NCBI GenBank assembly: GCA_963717935.1
Contig: CAVQXP010000004.1
Span: 1,440,001 to 1,504,000, forward strand
Direction: 5' to 3'
From: Candidatus Eiseniibacteriota bacterium
Lineage (GTDB): Bacteria > Eisenbacteria > RBG-16-71-46
DNA: 64,000 nt
Below, in pieces: positions 1-9,979 of the stretch. Every line of letters begins with the position of its first letter. The stretch's first letter is position 1. The position numbers were made by a program, and so were the translations under genes. Below the pieces are notes generated by a model. It did not search any database. It saw only the letters and a list, made by a program, of their open reading frames with translations, and was not told where the DNA came from.

Positions 1-2
1 TC

Positions 3-692
3 ACGGGACCGCGCTCCTCGGCCTTCCTCGAGTCGTTCGAGCCGTTTGCGCGCCGCGTGGCGAGGATCGGCGCGGTGAACTCGCTCGCCCAGGTCGTGAT
101 CAAGATCGCTTCGCCCGGCGTGCCCGATTTCTACCAGGGGACCGAGTTGTGGGACCTCAACCTGGTGGATCCCGACAATCGCCGCCCGGTGGATTTCGCG
201 CTGCGCGAGGCTCTGCTGGAGACGCTGGCCCCGGCGCTCGAGGGTTGCGAGACGCCCGCCCAGGGCAGCGCGCGGGCGCGCGGGTTGCTCGAGCACTGGG
301 AGGACGGGCGAATCAAGCTCTGGGTCACGGCCAGCGGCCTGCGGCTCCGCCGGGATCGGCGCGCGCTCTTCCTGGACGGTGACTACGTGCCCCTCGAGGC
401 GCATGGGGAACGGGCCGGGCACGTCCTGGCCTTCGCGCGCGTCTTCGGGACCGAGGTCGTCCTTGTCGTGGCGCCGCGGCTGACGGCGCATGTCGCGGAC
501 GGGGCATGGCCCGTCGGCCCTGCCGTCTGGGGCGACACGCGGCTGAGACTGCCCGGGGACCTGGTCGTACGCGCCTTCGAGGACGCGCTGACGGGCTCGG
601 TCCTGCATCCGGCGCACGCGGACGGATCACTCGCCCTGGCCGAGATCCTGCGCGAGTGCCCCGTCGCGCTCCTGTCGGCCGTGCCAGCGTAG
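3..692 (+). CDS. treY: Malto-oligosyltrehalose synthase, C-terminal part (5' partial)
   Basis: NSLAQVVIKIASPGVPDFYQGTELWDLNLVDPDNRRPVDF is the TreY C-terminal signature; the frame is open to the window edge. Confidence 0.9.
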   Translation, partial: TGPRSSAFLESFEPFARRVARIGAVNSLAQVVIKIASPGVPDFYQGTELWDLNLVDPDNRRPVDFALREALLETLAPALEGCETPAQGSARARGLLEHWEDGRIKLWVTASGLRLRRDRRALFLDGDYVPLEAHGERAGHVLAFARVFGTEVVLVVAPRLTAHVADGAWPVGPAVWGDTRLRLPGDLVVRAFEDALTGSVLHPAHADGSLALAEILRECPVALLSAVPA

Positions 693-772
693 CCCGCCGG
701 CGATCGGGGCGCACCGGACGTGGCAGGAGGCGGGGGACGCCCCGCGGGGCGTCCGACCAGAGCCCCGCGGGG

Positions 773-3220
773 CTACGAGGCGTCGCCGGGAAGACCCTCG
801 ACGTGCACCTCGAGGATGCGGCCGAGCATCGCGGCGTGTTCGAGCCACGCGCGAGCGTCGCCGTCCCCGGCCGCGGCGTGCGCCCGGATCTCGGCCCCCC
901 GGCTGCGGGCGACCTCGTAGAACGCGTTCTGCGGCTGCCACAGGTTCACCGTAAACGGCAGCCGCGCGCATGCGCGGGCCGTGCGCTCGAAGCGCAGCAG
1001 GGCGTCCAGGCTCGCGGAGGAATCCAGCCACGCCCCTGCCACCCTCTCAAGAGTGCGGCGCGCCGCGAACTCCAGAGTCACGGCGTCCAGCCGCGCGCTC
1101 GTGAGCCGCGCCTGGTCACACAGGGTCAGGAGGTGCTCCGTGTCCGGCTCCGTGGCCGTGAGCGCCTCCATGAAGTCCTCGTTGAGCGCGAAATCCGCGG
1201 CCATCTGGAACCGCGCGGGGAGCGGGATGCCCAACTCGGTGATGAAGCGCGCGAGGGTCGAGTACTGACTGTAGACGTTACGGTACACGGAGGCGACTTC
1301 GGCGAGCGCCGAGTCGAGGATGAGGCTCACGATTCGCCGTTGCTCGTCTCGGAACAGGAACCGCAGCGAGTAGGTTCCGGCGGCGAAGTTGCGGTCCACG
1401 GCGCGGATCAGCCCGGGGATGTCCCCCCGCTCGAAGACGCTCGAGATCTCGGCCGTGAGCGTGTCATAGGCCTCTCGGCCGCGGTACTCGCGGACACCCC
1501 CGCTCACGTTCTGGTCGCCAAGGTGGAGCACGCCGTAGCTCATCGTGCCCGACTCCTGCGTGATGCGCGACGACACGTGCACGCGTCCGAGCGCGAGCCG
1601 CGCGTGTCCTTGTTGAAGCACGCGGAAGTCCTCGCGAGTGGCCGTGTACGCATAGACCCCGGTGGACGCCTCATAGTCTTCGAACAGCGAGCTGACGGCA
1701 TAGTGGGCCGCCACCTTCTCGAGATCGACGACGGCGGGTCGTACGAACTTGTCGAAGACGACGCGGCCGTTCACGTGCTCCGGCACGTTGCTGGGCGCCT
1801 TCTCCAGCCGCGAGAGGAACCCCTCCTCGAGGTCCTCGCCGCCGAGCAACCTCGCCAGCTGCAGGGCGCGCCCTGCGTATTGCAGTATCTGCACCGTCTC
1901 GATGCCGGACAGCTCGTCGAAGAACCAGCCGCAGCTCGTGTACATGAGCATCGTCTGGCGCTGGAGCTCGAGGAGCTGGAGCGCACGGACCTTCTCGGGT
2001 GCGGCGAGCGGGCGACGCGCAAGGCGCGAAAGGAATTCGGCGACGTTGTCCGGGGACCGGTCGAGGAGGACGCGGATGTACTCGTTACGCGCCTCCCAGG
2101 GATCGCGGAACAGGTCCCCGCCGGCGGACTCGAAGCGTGGCGCCAGCGTGTCCCGGAGCCAGTCGAGAGCCTCCCGCAAGGGTGCACGCCAGTGTTGGCG
2201 CCATCCACCGTGCATCCCCGAGTTGCAGCCGCACTCGCTGCGCCAGCGCTCGAGGCCATGAGCACAGCTCCACGAGGTGCCGGGGATGATCTCGACCTCA
2301 TGCTTGGGGGCGTGGCGTTCGAGGAACTCCCCGTAGTTCGTCAGGCACGCAAGGCCTGCGCTCTCGATGTGATGGAGCGCATAGGCGAGGGCCATGTCGC
2401 CGTGGGGCCGGTGGTGGCCATACGTCTCGCCATCCGTGGCGATGTGCACGAGTTGCGGCCCGTCACGCTGGTCGGAGAACGCCCCGGCCAGTCGCCGCGC
2501 CAGGTTCTCGCCGCGGACGAGCAGATCATCGAAGGCGATTCCCCAGGAGATCGGGGCGTCGTAGAAGAAGACGTCGATTGCGCGGCCCGACGGCAGACGG
2601 ACGCGGTAGGCCGTCGACGGATCGATCCGAGAGCCGCTGACGTCACGCCAGCTGCGGGCGCCGCTGGCCCTGACCCGGCGCGCCTGGCTCGGCGACAGGA
2701 TCGTGAACTTGACGCCGAGGCCCGCCATGATGTCGAGGGTCTCGAGGTCGACGGCCGTCTCGGGCAGCCACATGCCCTCGGAGGGCCGTCCGAAACGGTG
2801 CTCGAAATCGCGGAGGCCCCACAGGACCTGAGTGTGCTTGTCGCGCGCGCTCGCCAGGGGGAGGATCATGTGGTTGTACGCCTGCGCGATGGCCGAGCCA
2901 TGACCCGAGTACCGCGCCTGGCTTTCGCGGTCCGCGTCGAGGATCGCGCGGTGCACCGCGCGATCCTGGTTCGCCAGCCAGGCCAGCAGCGTCGGACCAA
3001 AGTTGAAGCTCATCGTCGCATAGTTGTTCACGATGCGGACGATGCGGCCCTTGCCGTCCAGGATCCGCGCGGCGGTGTTGGGCCCATAGCACTCGGCCGT
3101 GATCCGCTCGTTCCAGTCGTGGTAGGGGTAGGCCGAGTCCTGCAGCTCCACAGCCTCGAGCCAGGGGTTCTCACGGGGGGGCTGGTAGAAGTGCCCGTGG
3201 ATGCAGATGTAGCGTTCCAC
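773..3220 (-). CDS. GH57-family glycoside hydrolase with DUF3536 domain (~815 aa)
   Basis: HGHFYQPPRENPW, GMWLPET, ATDGETYGHH, SWSCAHG, MYTSCGWFF; GTG start at 3220 preceded by GAGGAGG. Confidence 0.88.
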   Translation of the reverse strand: MERYICIHGHFYQPPRENPWLEAVELQDSAYPYHDWNERITAECYGPNTAARILDGKGRIVRIVNNYATMSFNFGPTLLAWLANQDRAVHRAILDADRESQARYSGHGSAIAQAYNHMILPLASARDKHTQVLWGLRDFEHRFGRPSEGMWLPETAVDLETLDIMAGLGVKFTILSPSQARRVRASGARSWRDVSGSRIDPSTAYRVRLPSGRAIDVFFYDAPISWGIAFDDLLVRGENLARRLAGAFSDQRDGPQLVHIATDGETYGHHRPHGDMALAYALHHIESAGLACLTNYGEFLERHAPKHEVEIIPGTSWSCAHGLERWRSECGCNSGMHGGWRQHWRAPLREALDWLRDTLAPRFESAGGDLFRDPWEARNEYIRVLLDRSPDNVAEFLSRLARRPLAAPEKVRALQLLELQRQTMLMYTSCGWFFDELSGIETVQILQYAGRALQLARLLGGEDLEEGFLSRLEKAPSNVPEHVNGRVVFDKFVRPAVVDLEKVAAHYAVSSLFEDYEASTGVYAYTATREDFRVLQQGHARLALGRVHVSSRITQESGTMSYGVLHLGDQNVSGGVREYRGREAYDTLTAEISSVFERGDIPGLIRAVDRNFAAGTYSLRFLFRDEQRRIVSLILDSALAEVASVYRNVYSQYSTLARFITELGIPLPARFQMAADFALNEDFMEALTATEPDTEHLLTLCDQARLTSARLDAVTLEFAARRTLERVAGAWLDSSASLDALLRFERTARACARLPFTVNLWQPQNAFYEVARSRGAEIRAHAAAGDGDARAWLEHAAMLGRILEVHVEGLPGDAS

Positions 3221-3260
3221 TCGCGTCCCCTCCTCGAGGTCCGCTGCCGCGTGACTGTCG

Positions 3261-4142
3261 CTATTCATCCCCCAGACGCACGACCAGAACCGAGCAGCGC
3301 GCCCGGCGCAGGACACCCTCGGCCACGCTTCCCAGCGCGAGCCTTCCGAGGCCCGACCGCCCGTGTGTCCCCGCTACGATGAGCTCCGCGCGAATCTCAT
3401 CGGCCACCCCGACGATGGCGTCGACGGGTGGATCCTCGCGCAGGATGATCCGCGCTGCGCCCCCGAAGCCCGACGCGATCTCCGCGAGGCGGTCACGAGC
3501 CTCATCGCGACGCGCTTCGGTCAGGCGGTCTATCAGCGACGGAGAGACGATCTCCGGGAGATCCAGGTTCACCGTTCGCAGATCCATCGAATGAACGATG
3601 ACGAAGGGGAGAGAGCGTCGCTGAGCCTCGTCGTGACCCCGGCGGACGGCCGGGAGAGAGGCGTCGGAGAAGTCCGTCGCCGAAAGGACCGCCCCGCCGC
3701 TTCCTGGAACCGCAACGAGCACGGGGCAGCGCGCGTGGCGCGCGATGCGCTCTGAAACGCCTCCGGCCTCATGCGCGTCCGACGGCGGACGGCGCCCGAG
3801 GACGATCAATCCAGCCCCCACCTCCTCCGCCGCCTGGAGCACCATCGTGTGCGGGGAGCCGGATTCGAGACGCATCTCGGGCTTCGGCGCGCCCGGCTCG
3901 AGCACGTGGTCGAGCTGCTGCTGGAGGAGGCCGGCCACCGACTGGCGAACCTTCTCGATCTCCACGCGATCATGAACACGGAGTTGCGGAAAGAGCGGCC
4001 GGATGCCGAACAGCTCCGGCAGCACATGGCAGATCACGAGGGGGACCGCCGCCTCCCGGGCGAAGAGAGCGCCCTGACGCACGGCCTCGTCGGATTCGCG
4101 GCCAAGATCCGAGGCCACCAGGATGGGTCCGGAGAATCTCAT
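3261..4142 (-). CDS. Tandem-domain universal stress protein
   Basis: ILVASD, LIVAGTHGRSGLGRLALGSVAEGVLRRARCSVLVV; two USP repeats. Confidence 0.9.
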   Translation of the reverse strand: MRFSGPILVASDLGRESDEAVRQGALFAREAAVPLVICHVLPELFGIRPLFPQLRVHDRVEIEKVRQSVAGLLQQQLDHVLEPGAPKPEMRLESGSPHTMVLQAAEEVGAGLIVLGRRPPSDAHEAGGVSERIARHARCPVLVAVPGSGGAVLSATDFSDASLPAVRRGHDEAQRRSLPFVIVHSMDLRTVNLDLPEIVSPSLIDRLTEARRDEARDRLAEIASGFGGAARIILREDPPVDAIVGVADEIRAELIVAGTHGRSGLGRLALGSVAEGVLRRARCSVLVVRLGDE

Positions 4143-4246
4143 CGTACGGTCCCTTCGCCCGCGCCGGGTCTGTGGTGGAGATGATCACTTCCTGCGCGCC
4201 ACGGGCGCGGAGGCACATCGACCAAACCCCTCATGCTGCCCATGCG

Positions 4247-4276
4247 ACTCTAGGTCGTCACCGGGAGCGCGGTCAA
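4247..4276 (-). promoter_or_regulatory. Putative sigma70 promoter of the USP gene
   Basis: TTGACC-18 nt-TAGAGT on the minus strand. Confidence 0.5.
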
Positions 4277-4368
4277 GATTCCGGCGGGCCGCGGGCGCGG
4301 TCCCCGCGACGTGCCGCCGCCTTCGGCTCGCGCAGACGGTGTGGCAGCCACTCGTGCCCCGGGTGGAC

Positions 4369-5619
4369 TCACTCCGGTGTCGGTGGCGCGGGCGCGGTTT
4401 CCCGGGCCGCGTTTTGGCGCCGACGCACGAGCGGGAAGCCGACGGCGAAGATCAGCACGGTCGTGAGCACGCAGGCGAAGACGACGGTCGATAGCTGATC
4501 CGTCCCCGGGACCCCGGCAGCGGCGGGGAGCGTCGCGAGGACCCCGGCGGCCATCCCGCGGGGAAGGGCGACCGCGATCAGGTCCCGCTCGTGGGAATCG
4601 AAGGTCCTGCCGAGCGTGACGAGACGCACCACCGGCACCCGGGCCAGGAGAAGCACGACCCCCAGCAGGACGCCCAGGGCCATCAGCCCCCACGGGGGCC
4701 CCAGCATCGCCCCGATGAAGGTGAAGAAGAACGACTTGATGATGAAGGCGATCTGGCCATGCACCCCGCGTACGTCCGCGCCCAGGTCCAACTCCGACTC
4801 CGACTCCATCCCGACCCGGGAGCAGATGACGCCCGCGTTCCCCACGATCACGGCGAACGCGAGGATGCCCAGCGCGGCGCTGCCGCCCACCTGCTGGACG
4901 AAGACGTACAGGACCAGCAGCGCCGACAGCGTGATCGGGTACGCGTGCCCGCGGGCGCGAAGCCATTTCAGGAGGAAGAGCCAGACCACTCCCCCCAGCG
5001 ACCCCGCGCCCAGCCCGATCCCGAAGGACCGCAGGAGGGCCGTGCCCGGCGACGCGGTGCCCGACGGGCCCGCCAGAATGACCTTGATGAGGGCCGTGGC
5101 TCCGACGACGCACAACGCGTCGGTGAAAGCCGACTCCAGATTGAGGAGGTTGCCCACCCGGGGCTCGACCTTGGCCTGGGCCATGGCGGGCATGATGACG
5201 ATCGAGCTCGAACCTCCCAGGATCGTGCCCAGCAGAAGCCCGTGCAGCCAGGTCCACGATCCGGGCAGCCAGCCGATTCCCCTGGCCCCCATGCTCACGA
5301 GCGTGACGGCCGCCACCGCCAGCAAGAAGGTCAGCAGGGCAAGCGCGCCGGAACGGGAAGCCGCCCGGGAGATCTCCCCGAGCCGGAGGCGGATGCCACC
5401 ATCGAACAGGATGACGACGAGCGTGAGGGCAGCGAAGTAGGGGGCGATCGTGACGAGGAGTTCCCGGTGCGCCGCGCCGCTCACGGGGCCGAGGAGGATG
5501 CCCACCACCATCAGCCACACGACGTCTGGAACGCCCGTGCGGCGGAAGAAGACTTCCCCGGCCACGCCGATCAGGAAGATGCCGGCGATCGTGAGCAGGA
5601 AGAGCGCAACGGGGCTCAT
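4369..5619 (-). CDS. Cation:proton antiporter (CPA1/NhaP-like)
   Basis: Polytopic hydrophobic protein with ILFDGG, LESAFTD, PRGMAAGVLA. Confidence 0.85.
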   Translation of the reverse strand: MSPVALFLLTIAGIFLIGVAGEVFFRRTGVPDVVWLMVVGILLGPVSGAAHRELLVTIAPYFAALTLVVILFDGGIRLRLGEISRAASRSGALALLTFLLAVAAVTLVSMGARGIGWLPGSWTWLHGLLLGTILGGSSSIVIMPAMAQAKVEPRVGNLLNLESAFTDALCVVGATALIKVILAGPSGTASPGTALLRSFGIGLGAGSLGGVVWLFLLKWLRARGHAYPITLSALLVLYVFVQQVGGSAALGILAFAVIVGNAGVICSRVGMESESELDLGADVRGVHGQIAFIIKSFFFTFIGAMLGPPWGLMALGVLLGVVLLLARVPVVRLVTLGRTFDSHERDLIAVALPRGMAAGVLATLPAAAGVPGTDQLSTVVFACVLTTVLIFAVGFPLVRRRQNAARETAPAPPTPE

Positions 5620-5821
5620 GGGAGGGTCACTCCGGAGATTGGTTGGATGCCCGGAGCCTGAACGCTGCCGAGGTCCGGGATGCGCACGGCCATGGCGCCC
5701 GGGCGTCCGGGGACGATGCCATCTTGGAAGTCAGCAGGCAAGAGTGTGGATCGGGCGGATGGCGCGAGCCCCGAGGACGGCCGCAGCCCGGGCGCTCGGG
5801 GGCTGCTCGCCGGTCACGTCC

Positions 5822-7048
5822 TCAGTCCCGCGGGTTTCGCCCTCCCGCCGGCTCCACCAGCGCCGCGTGCAGCGCACGCGCCGCGTCGGCGACGCGTTCG
5901 TTCGGCACGCGGAAGACGAGCGCGGCCGGGGAGACCCGCAGCGCGACGACGCGCACGTCCGCGCGCTCGAGTGCGCCTTCGGCCTGTGCGGCCTCGCGCG
6001 CGCCCAGGCCCAGCCCGACGACCGACACGTACGCCGTGCCGTGCTCGACACGCAGCACCCACTCGCCGCCGGGACCACGCAGGGCGTGGAAGCCCCGCTG
6101 CAGCGCCTCCACGTCCTCGCGGGACCCGATCCACTCCAGCGCGTGGTGCGCGTCCGCGGCGCCCTCGTGCGCCACCAGTTCCAACTCGGGGAACGCGTCC
6201 GCCACTGCCTCGATCAGGCCGCGGGCCACGCCACGCCCGCCCGCGTCGCCCTCGGCGATGGCGATCGAACAGTCGCCACGGTGCGCCACCGCCTCCATCC
6301 GGGGTCCTTCCATCTCGAACTCTCCGATCTCGGTACCAGGCGACTCGTCGAACGACGAACGCACCACGAGCGGCACGCGCTCGCGCGCCGCCAGGTCCAC
6401 GCAGCGCGCGTGCAGGACCCGTCCTCCCAGGTGGGCCAGGATCGAGCACGCGCGGTAATCGAGTCTCGGAATCACGCGGGCATCCGGCACCGCGCGCGGG
6501 TCCGCGCTGAAGATGCCGGGAACATCGGTGCAGATCTCGCAGCGCGCCCGGCCGAAGGCCGCGGCGAGCGCCACGGCGGTCGTGTCCGAGCCGCCGCGCC
6601 CGAGGGTGGTGATCTCCTTCGTGACGGGGTTCACGCCCTGGAAGCCGGCGACGATGACGACCTTGCCCTGCTCGAGTTCGCGGCGCAGCCGCTCCGGGCG
6701 CACGTCGATGATGCGCGCCGCCCCGTGACCGCTGTCGGTGAGGATGCCGCTCTGCGAGCCGGTGAAGGAGATGGCCGGGACGCCCAGATCTCCGAGCGCC
6801 ATGGCGAGCAGGGCCATGGTGACGCGCTCGCCGGTGGTGAGCAGCATGTCCAACTCGCGCCGGTTGGGGCTCGCGGAGACCTCGTGCGCGAGTCGCAGCA
6901 GCTCATCGGTGGTCTGGCCCATGGCCGAGACCACGACCAGCAGGTCGTTCCCCGCGGCGCGGGCCGAGGCGACCCGGCGCGCCACGTCGCGGATGCGCTC
7001 GGGGCCCTCGACCGAGGTGCCACCGTACTTCTGGACCAGGACGGCCAT
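5822..7048 (-). CDS. lysC: Aspartate kinase
   Basis: [44 protein letters not shown]-terminal ACT-like region. Confidence 0.9.
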   Translation of the reverse strand: MAVLVQKYGGTSVEGPERIRDVARRVASARAAGNDLLVVVSAMGQTTDELLRLAHEVSASPNRRELDMLLTTGERVTMALLAMALGDLGVPAISFTGSQSGILTDSGHGAARIIDVRPERLRRELEQGKVVIVAGFQGVNPVTKEITTLGRGGSDTTAVALAAAFGRARCEICTDVPGIFSADPRAVPDARVIPRLDYRACSILAHLGGRVLHARCVDLAARERVPLVVRSSFDESPGTEIGEFEMEGPRMEAVAHRGDCSIAIAEGDAGGRGVARGLIEAVADAFPELELVAHEGAADAHHALEWIGSREDVEALQRGFHALRGPGGEWVLRVEHGTAYVSVVGLGLGAREAAQAEGALERADVRVVALRVSPAALVFRVPNERVADAARALHAALVEPAGGRNPRD

Positions 7049-7236
7049 GGGGGGAGTTATAAGCGTTCGCGGCTCCGAGCGCATCCCAGGGCGGGGTGGG
7101 AAGAGCGCATCGACGGCCAGAGAGCCGGGACGATGCTCGAGGCGGGCTCCGGGAGTGACCGTGGACGAGCGCATGGCGCCTCTGCTCGCCCACGGTCACT
7201 CCCGGAGCCCCGCGTCCCCGGCAGCCGCCCGCTGCC

Positions 7237-7266
7237 TTGACCTTGCCGCGCCCGGCTGGCTAGAAT
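7237..7266 (+). promoter_or_regulatory. Putative sigma70 promoter of tRNA-Gly
   Basis: TTGACC-18 nt-TAGAAT about 23 nt upstream of the tRNA. Confidence 0.6.
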
Positions 7267-7289
7267 GCTCCGCTCTTGAAAGTCCTTGA

Positions 7290-7366
7290 GCGGAAGTAGC
7301 TCAGCCCGGTAGAGCGCCACCTTGCCAAGGTGGATGTCGCGGGTTCGAATCCCGTCTTCCGCTCCA
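7290..7366 (+). tRNA. tRNA-Gly(GCC)
   Basis: Full cloverleaf: GCGGAAG/CTTCCGC acceptor stem, CCACC-TTGCCAA-GGTGG anticodon arm, GGTTCGAATCC T-loop, encoded CCA. Confidence 0.97.
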
Positions 7367-7459
7367 TTCTGTCGCGGGGCCGGCCGAGGCTCCGGCTTCC
7401 GGGATCGTCCGCCCCGGGGCCTGGCTCGGCCGGCCCCGTGGCTTTTCCGGGAGTCGCGC

Positions 7460-8146
7460 ATGGCCCCTCCTCGCAGGACGAAACCGGCCCCCCGGCGCCC
7501 GAAGACCGCACCCGCCCGCCGCGCCGGCGACCCGAAGGCTGCGCGGCAGGCCGTCGCGGAACTCATCCGGGCGCTCGGCCTCGACCCGGCCGTCGAGCCC
7601 GAACTCCTGGCGACCCCGGAGCGCGTCGCCGACCTCTACGCCGAGATCTTCGCGGGGCTTGATCCGGGCGCTGAGCCCCGGCCTGCGTCCTTCCCCGTGG
7701 CCGACGCGGGCCCCAGGGCCGGAAAGCGGAGCGACGACCTGGTCATCGTGCGCGATCTGCCCTTCTACTCGCTGTGCGTGCACCACTTCGTGCCGTTCTT
7801 CGGCCACGCGCACGTCGCCTATCTGCCCGGGGAGCGCCTGATCGGTCTCTCGGGCGTGGCGCGCATCCTCGAGTTCTACGCGCGCCGCCCGCAACTGCAG
7901 GAGCGCCTCACCGCGCAGGTCGCGGACCACCTCGCCCGGCTGCTCAAGCCCCGCGGCGTGGCGGTCGTCATCGAGGCGCGGCACCTCTGCATGGAGATGC
8001 GTGGCGTGCGCAAGACCGGCTGCTTCGAGACGCACGCCCTGCGCGGCGCACTGGCGAAGCCCGCGTGGGCGGGCGTGCTCGCCGCGGGTCGCGGGAAGGG
8101 GCGGCGGGGCTCGAGCCCGCGGCGGCTCCGCGGGCCCACCGAGTGA
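7460..8146 (+). CDS. folE: GTP cyclohydrolase I
   Basis: TPERVA, SLCVHHFVPF, IGLS, RPQLQERLT, HLCMEMRGV. Confidence 0.88.
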   Translation: MAPPRRTKPAPRRPKTAPARRAGDPKAARQAVAELIRALGLDPAVEPELLATPERVADLYAEIFAGLDPGAEPRPASFPVADAGPRAGKRSDDLVIVRDLPFYSLCVHHFVPFFGHAHVAYLPGERLIGLSGVARILEFYARRPQLQERLTAQVADHLARLLKPRGVAVVIEARHLCMEMRGVRKTGCFETHALRGALAKPAWAGVLAAGRGKGRRGSSPRRLRGPTE

Positions 8147-8895
8147 GCGGCACGGACGTCGACTTCCGCCGCATCTACGAGCGTCACGCGGGCGAGTACG
8201 ACGCGATGGTCGCCGCCGAGGATTGCGACGGCCGCCTCCTGCCTGCCCTCCAGTCCATCGTGCCGCTGGCCGGCGCCACGGTCCTCGAGGTGGGCGCCGG
8301 CACCGGACGCGTCACCCGGCTGCTGCTCGGCGCCGGCGCGCGGGTCGTCGCCAGCGAGCCCGCCCTGGCCATGCTGGCCGTGGCCCGGCGCCACACCGTG
8401 CAGCTGCCCGCCGCGCGCTGCGTGCTGCTCGGCGCCGATGCACTCGCGTTGCCGGTCCGGGCGGGCTGGGCGGATGTCGCGATCGCCGGGTGGGCGCTGG
8501 GGCACCTGCGCTCGTGGTGTGCCGGTACCTGGCGCGAGACGATCGCTCGGGCTCTCGCCGAGATGGACCGCGCAGTGCGTCCCGGCGGCACGCTCATCGT
8601 GATCGAGACGCTGGGCACGGGCGAAGATCATCCCCGGCCGCCCACGGCGGGGCTCGCGGAGTACTATGCGTGGCTCGAGGGCGTACAGGGCATGCAGAGC
8701 GCGGCGTTCCGCACCGACTATCGCTTCCCCGATCCCGAGGCTGCCGCCCGGGCGACGGGCTTCTTCTTCGGCGGGGAGTTCGCGGCTCGTGTCCTGCACG
8801 AGCGTTGGTCGCGCATCCCCGAGTGCACCGGCCTGTGGTGGCGGCGGAGCGGGTCCCGCCACGACCACGAACGTCCGTCCGACCCCGCGAGGTAA
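8143..8895 (+). CDS. Class I SAM-dependent methyltransferase
   Basis: VLEVGAGTG motif I; GTGA overlap with the folE stop. Confidence 0.85.
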   Translation: MSGTDVDFRRIYERHAGEYDAMVAAEDCDGRLLPALQSIVPLAGATVLEVGAGTGRVTRLLLGAGARVVASEPALAMLAVARRHTVQLPAARCVLLGADALALPVRAGWADVAIAGWALGHLRSWCAGTWRETIARALAEMDRAVRPGGTLIVIETLGTGEDHPRPPTAGLAEYYAWLEGVQGMQSAAFRTDYRFPDPEAAARATGFFFGGEFAARVLHERWSRIPECTGLWWRRSGSRHDHERPSDPAR

Positions 8896-8899
8896 GACC

Positions 8900-9904
8900 A
8901 TGACATTGCCTGTCCGTCCGCTTGGAGCGAGCGGGATGCGCATCAGCACCGTCGGCCTGGGCGCCTGGGCGATCGGGGGCGGGGGCTGGGCCTACGGCTG
9001 GGGGCCGCAGGACGACGCGGCCTCGCTCGCGACCATGAGGCGCGCTCTCGAGTCGGGTCTCAACTGGATCGACACCGCCGCCATCTACGGCCTCGGCCAT
9101 TCGGAAGAGGTGGTGGGCCGCTTCCTGCGCGATCTGCCACCGGGCGAGCGGCCGCTGGTCTTCACCAAGTGCGGCATGGCGTGGGACGAGCAGGACCGGA
9201 CGGCGGAGCCCCGGCGCACGCTCGAGCCCGCGTCCATCCGCGCCGAGTGCGAGGCGTCGCTGCGCCGGCTCGGCGTCGAGCGCATCGACCTGTACCAGTT
9301 CCACTGGCCCGACGACACGGGCACGGCGGTCGAGGACTCCTGGGCGGAGATGGTGCGGCTGGTCGCCGAGGGCAAGGTGCGCGCGGCCGGCGTGTCCAAC
9401 TTCGACATCGGACTGCTCGGGCGCTGCGAGGCGCTGCGGCACGTGGACTCGCTGCAACCGGGCTTCTCGATGATCCGCCGGGGCGTGGCCGCGCAGGAGA
9501 TCCCTTGGTGCGCCCGGCACGAGGCCGGTGTCATCTGCTACAGCCCGATGCAGTCCGGGCTGCTGACGGACGGCTTCGACGCGGCGCGCAACGCAGCATT
9601 GGCGCCCGACGATTGGCGCCGCCGCTCTCCCGACTTTCGGCCGCCCGCGCTGGAGCGCAACCTCGCGCTGCGGGACGCCCTGCGGCCCATCGCCCTGCGC
9701 TACCAGACCACGGTCGCCGCCGTGGCCGTGGCGTGGACACTCGCCTGGCCGGGCGTGAGCGGTGCCATCGTGGGCGCGCGCGCCCCGGAACAGATCGACG
9801 GCTGGCTGCGGGCGGCGAGCCTCGAGTTGACGACGGGGGACCTCGACGAGATCGCCGCGGCCATCTCCGCGAGCGGCGCGGGCTCGGGGCCGGTCAGACC
9901 CTGA
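8900..9904 (+). CDS. Aldo/keto reductase
   Basis: GLGAWAIGG, DTAAIYG, SLRRLGVERIDLYQFHWPD, GVSNF, YSPMQSGLL. Confidence 0.92.
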   Translation: MTLPVRPLGASGMRISTVGLGAWAIGGGGWAYGWGPQDDAASLATMRRALESGLNWIDTAAIYGLGHSEEVVGRFLRDLPPGERPLVFTKCGMAWDEQDRTAEPRRTLEPASIRAECEASLRRLGVERIDLYQFHWPDDTGTAVEDSWAEMVRLVAEGKVRAAGVSNFDIGLLGRCEALRHVDSLQPGFSMIRRGVAAQEIPWCARHEAGVICYSPMQSGLLTDGFDAARNAALAPDDWRRRSPDFRPPALERNLALRDALRPIALRYQTTVAAVAVAWTLAWPGVSGAIVGARAPEQIDGWLRAASLELTTGDLDEIAAAISASGAGSGPVRP

Positions 9905-9979
9905 GAGGGGGCGTGGCCCGGGCGATGGTGTCGCGCGACCGCGCGCCGCGTCCGGGGCGGCCCGCCGGGGCCGCTTCGC

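Noticed and set aside
506..3382. Very long antisense or alternate-frame ORFs (also 24580-28230, 27710-31012, 36450-39764, 44601-47609)
   Set aside because: Shadows of real genes caused by stop-codon scarcity at high GC; Arg/Pro/Gly-rich with no motifs
5620..5821. Known riboswitch upstream of the antiporter (also checked before feoB, lysC and the trans-sulfuration lyase)
   Set aside because: No fluoride, c-di-AMP, lysine, SAM or yybP consensus recognised by eye; a covariance-model search would be needed to exclude them
7290..7460. Genomic island integrated at tRNA-Gly
   Set aside because: No integrase and no duplicated tRNA-Gly 3' end seen in the window
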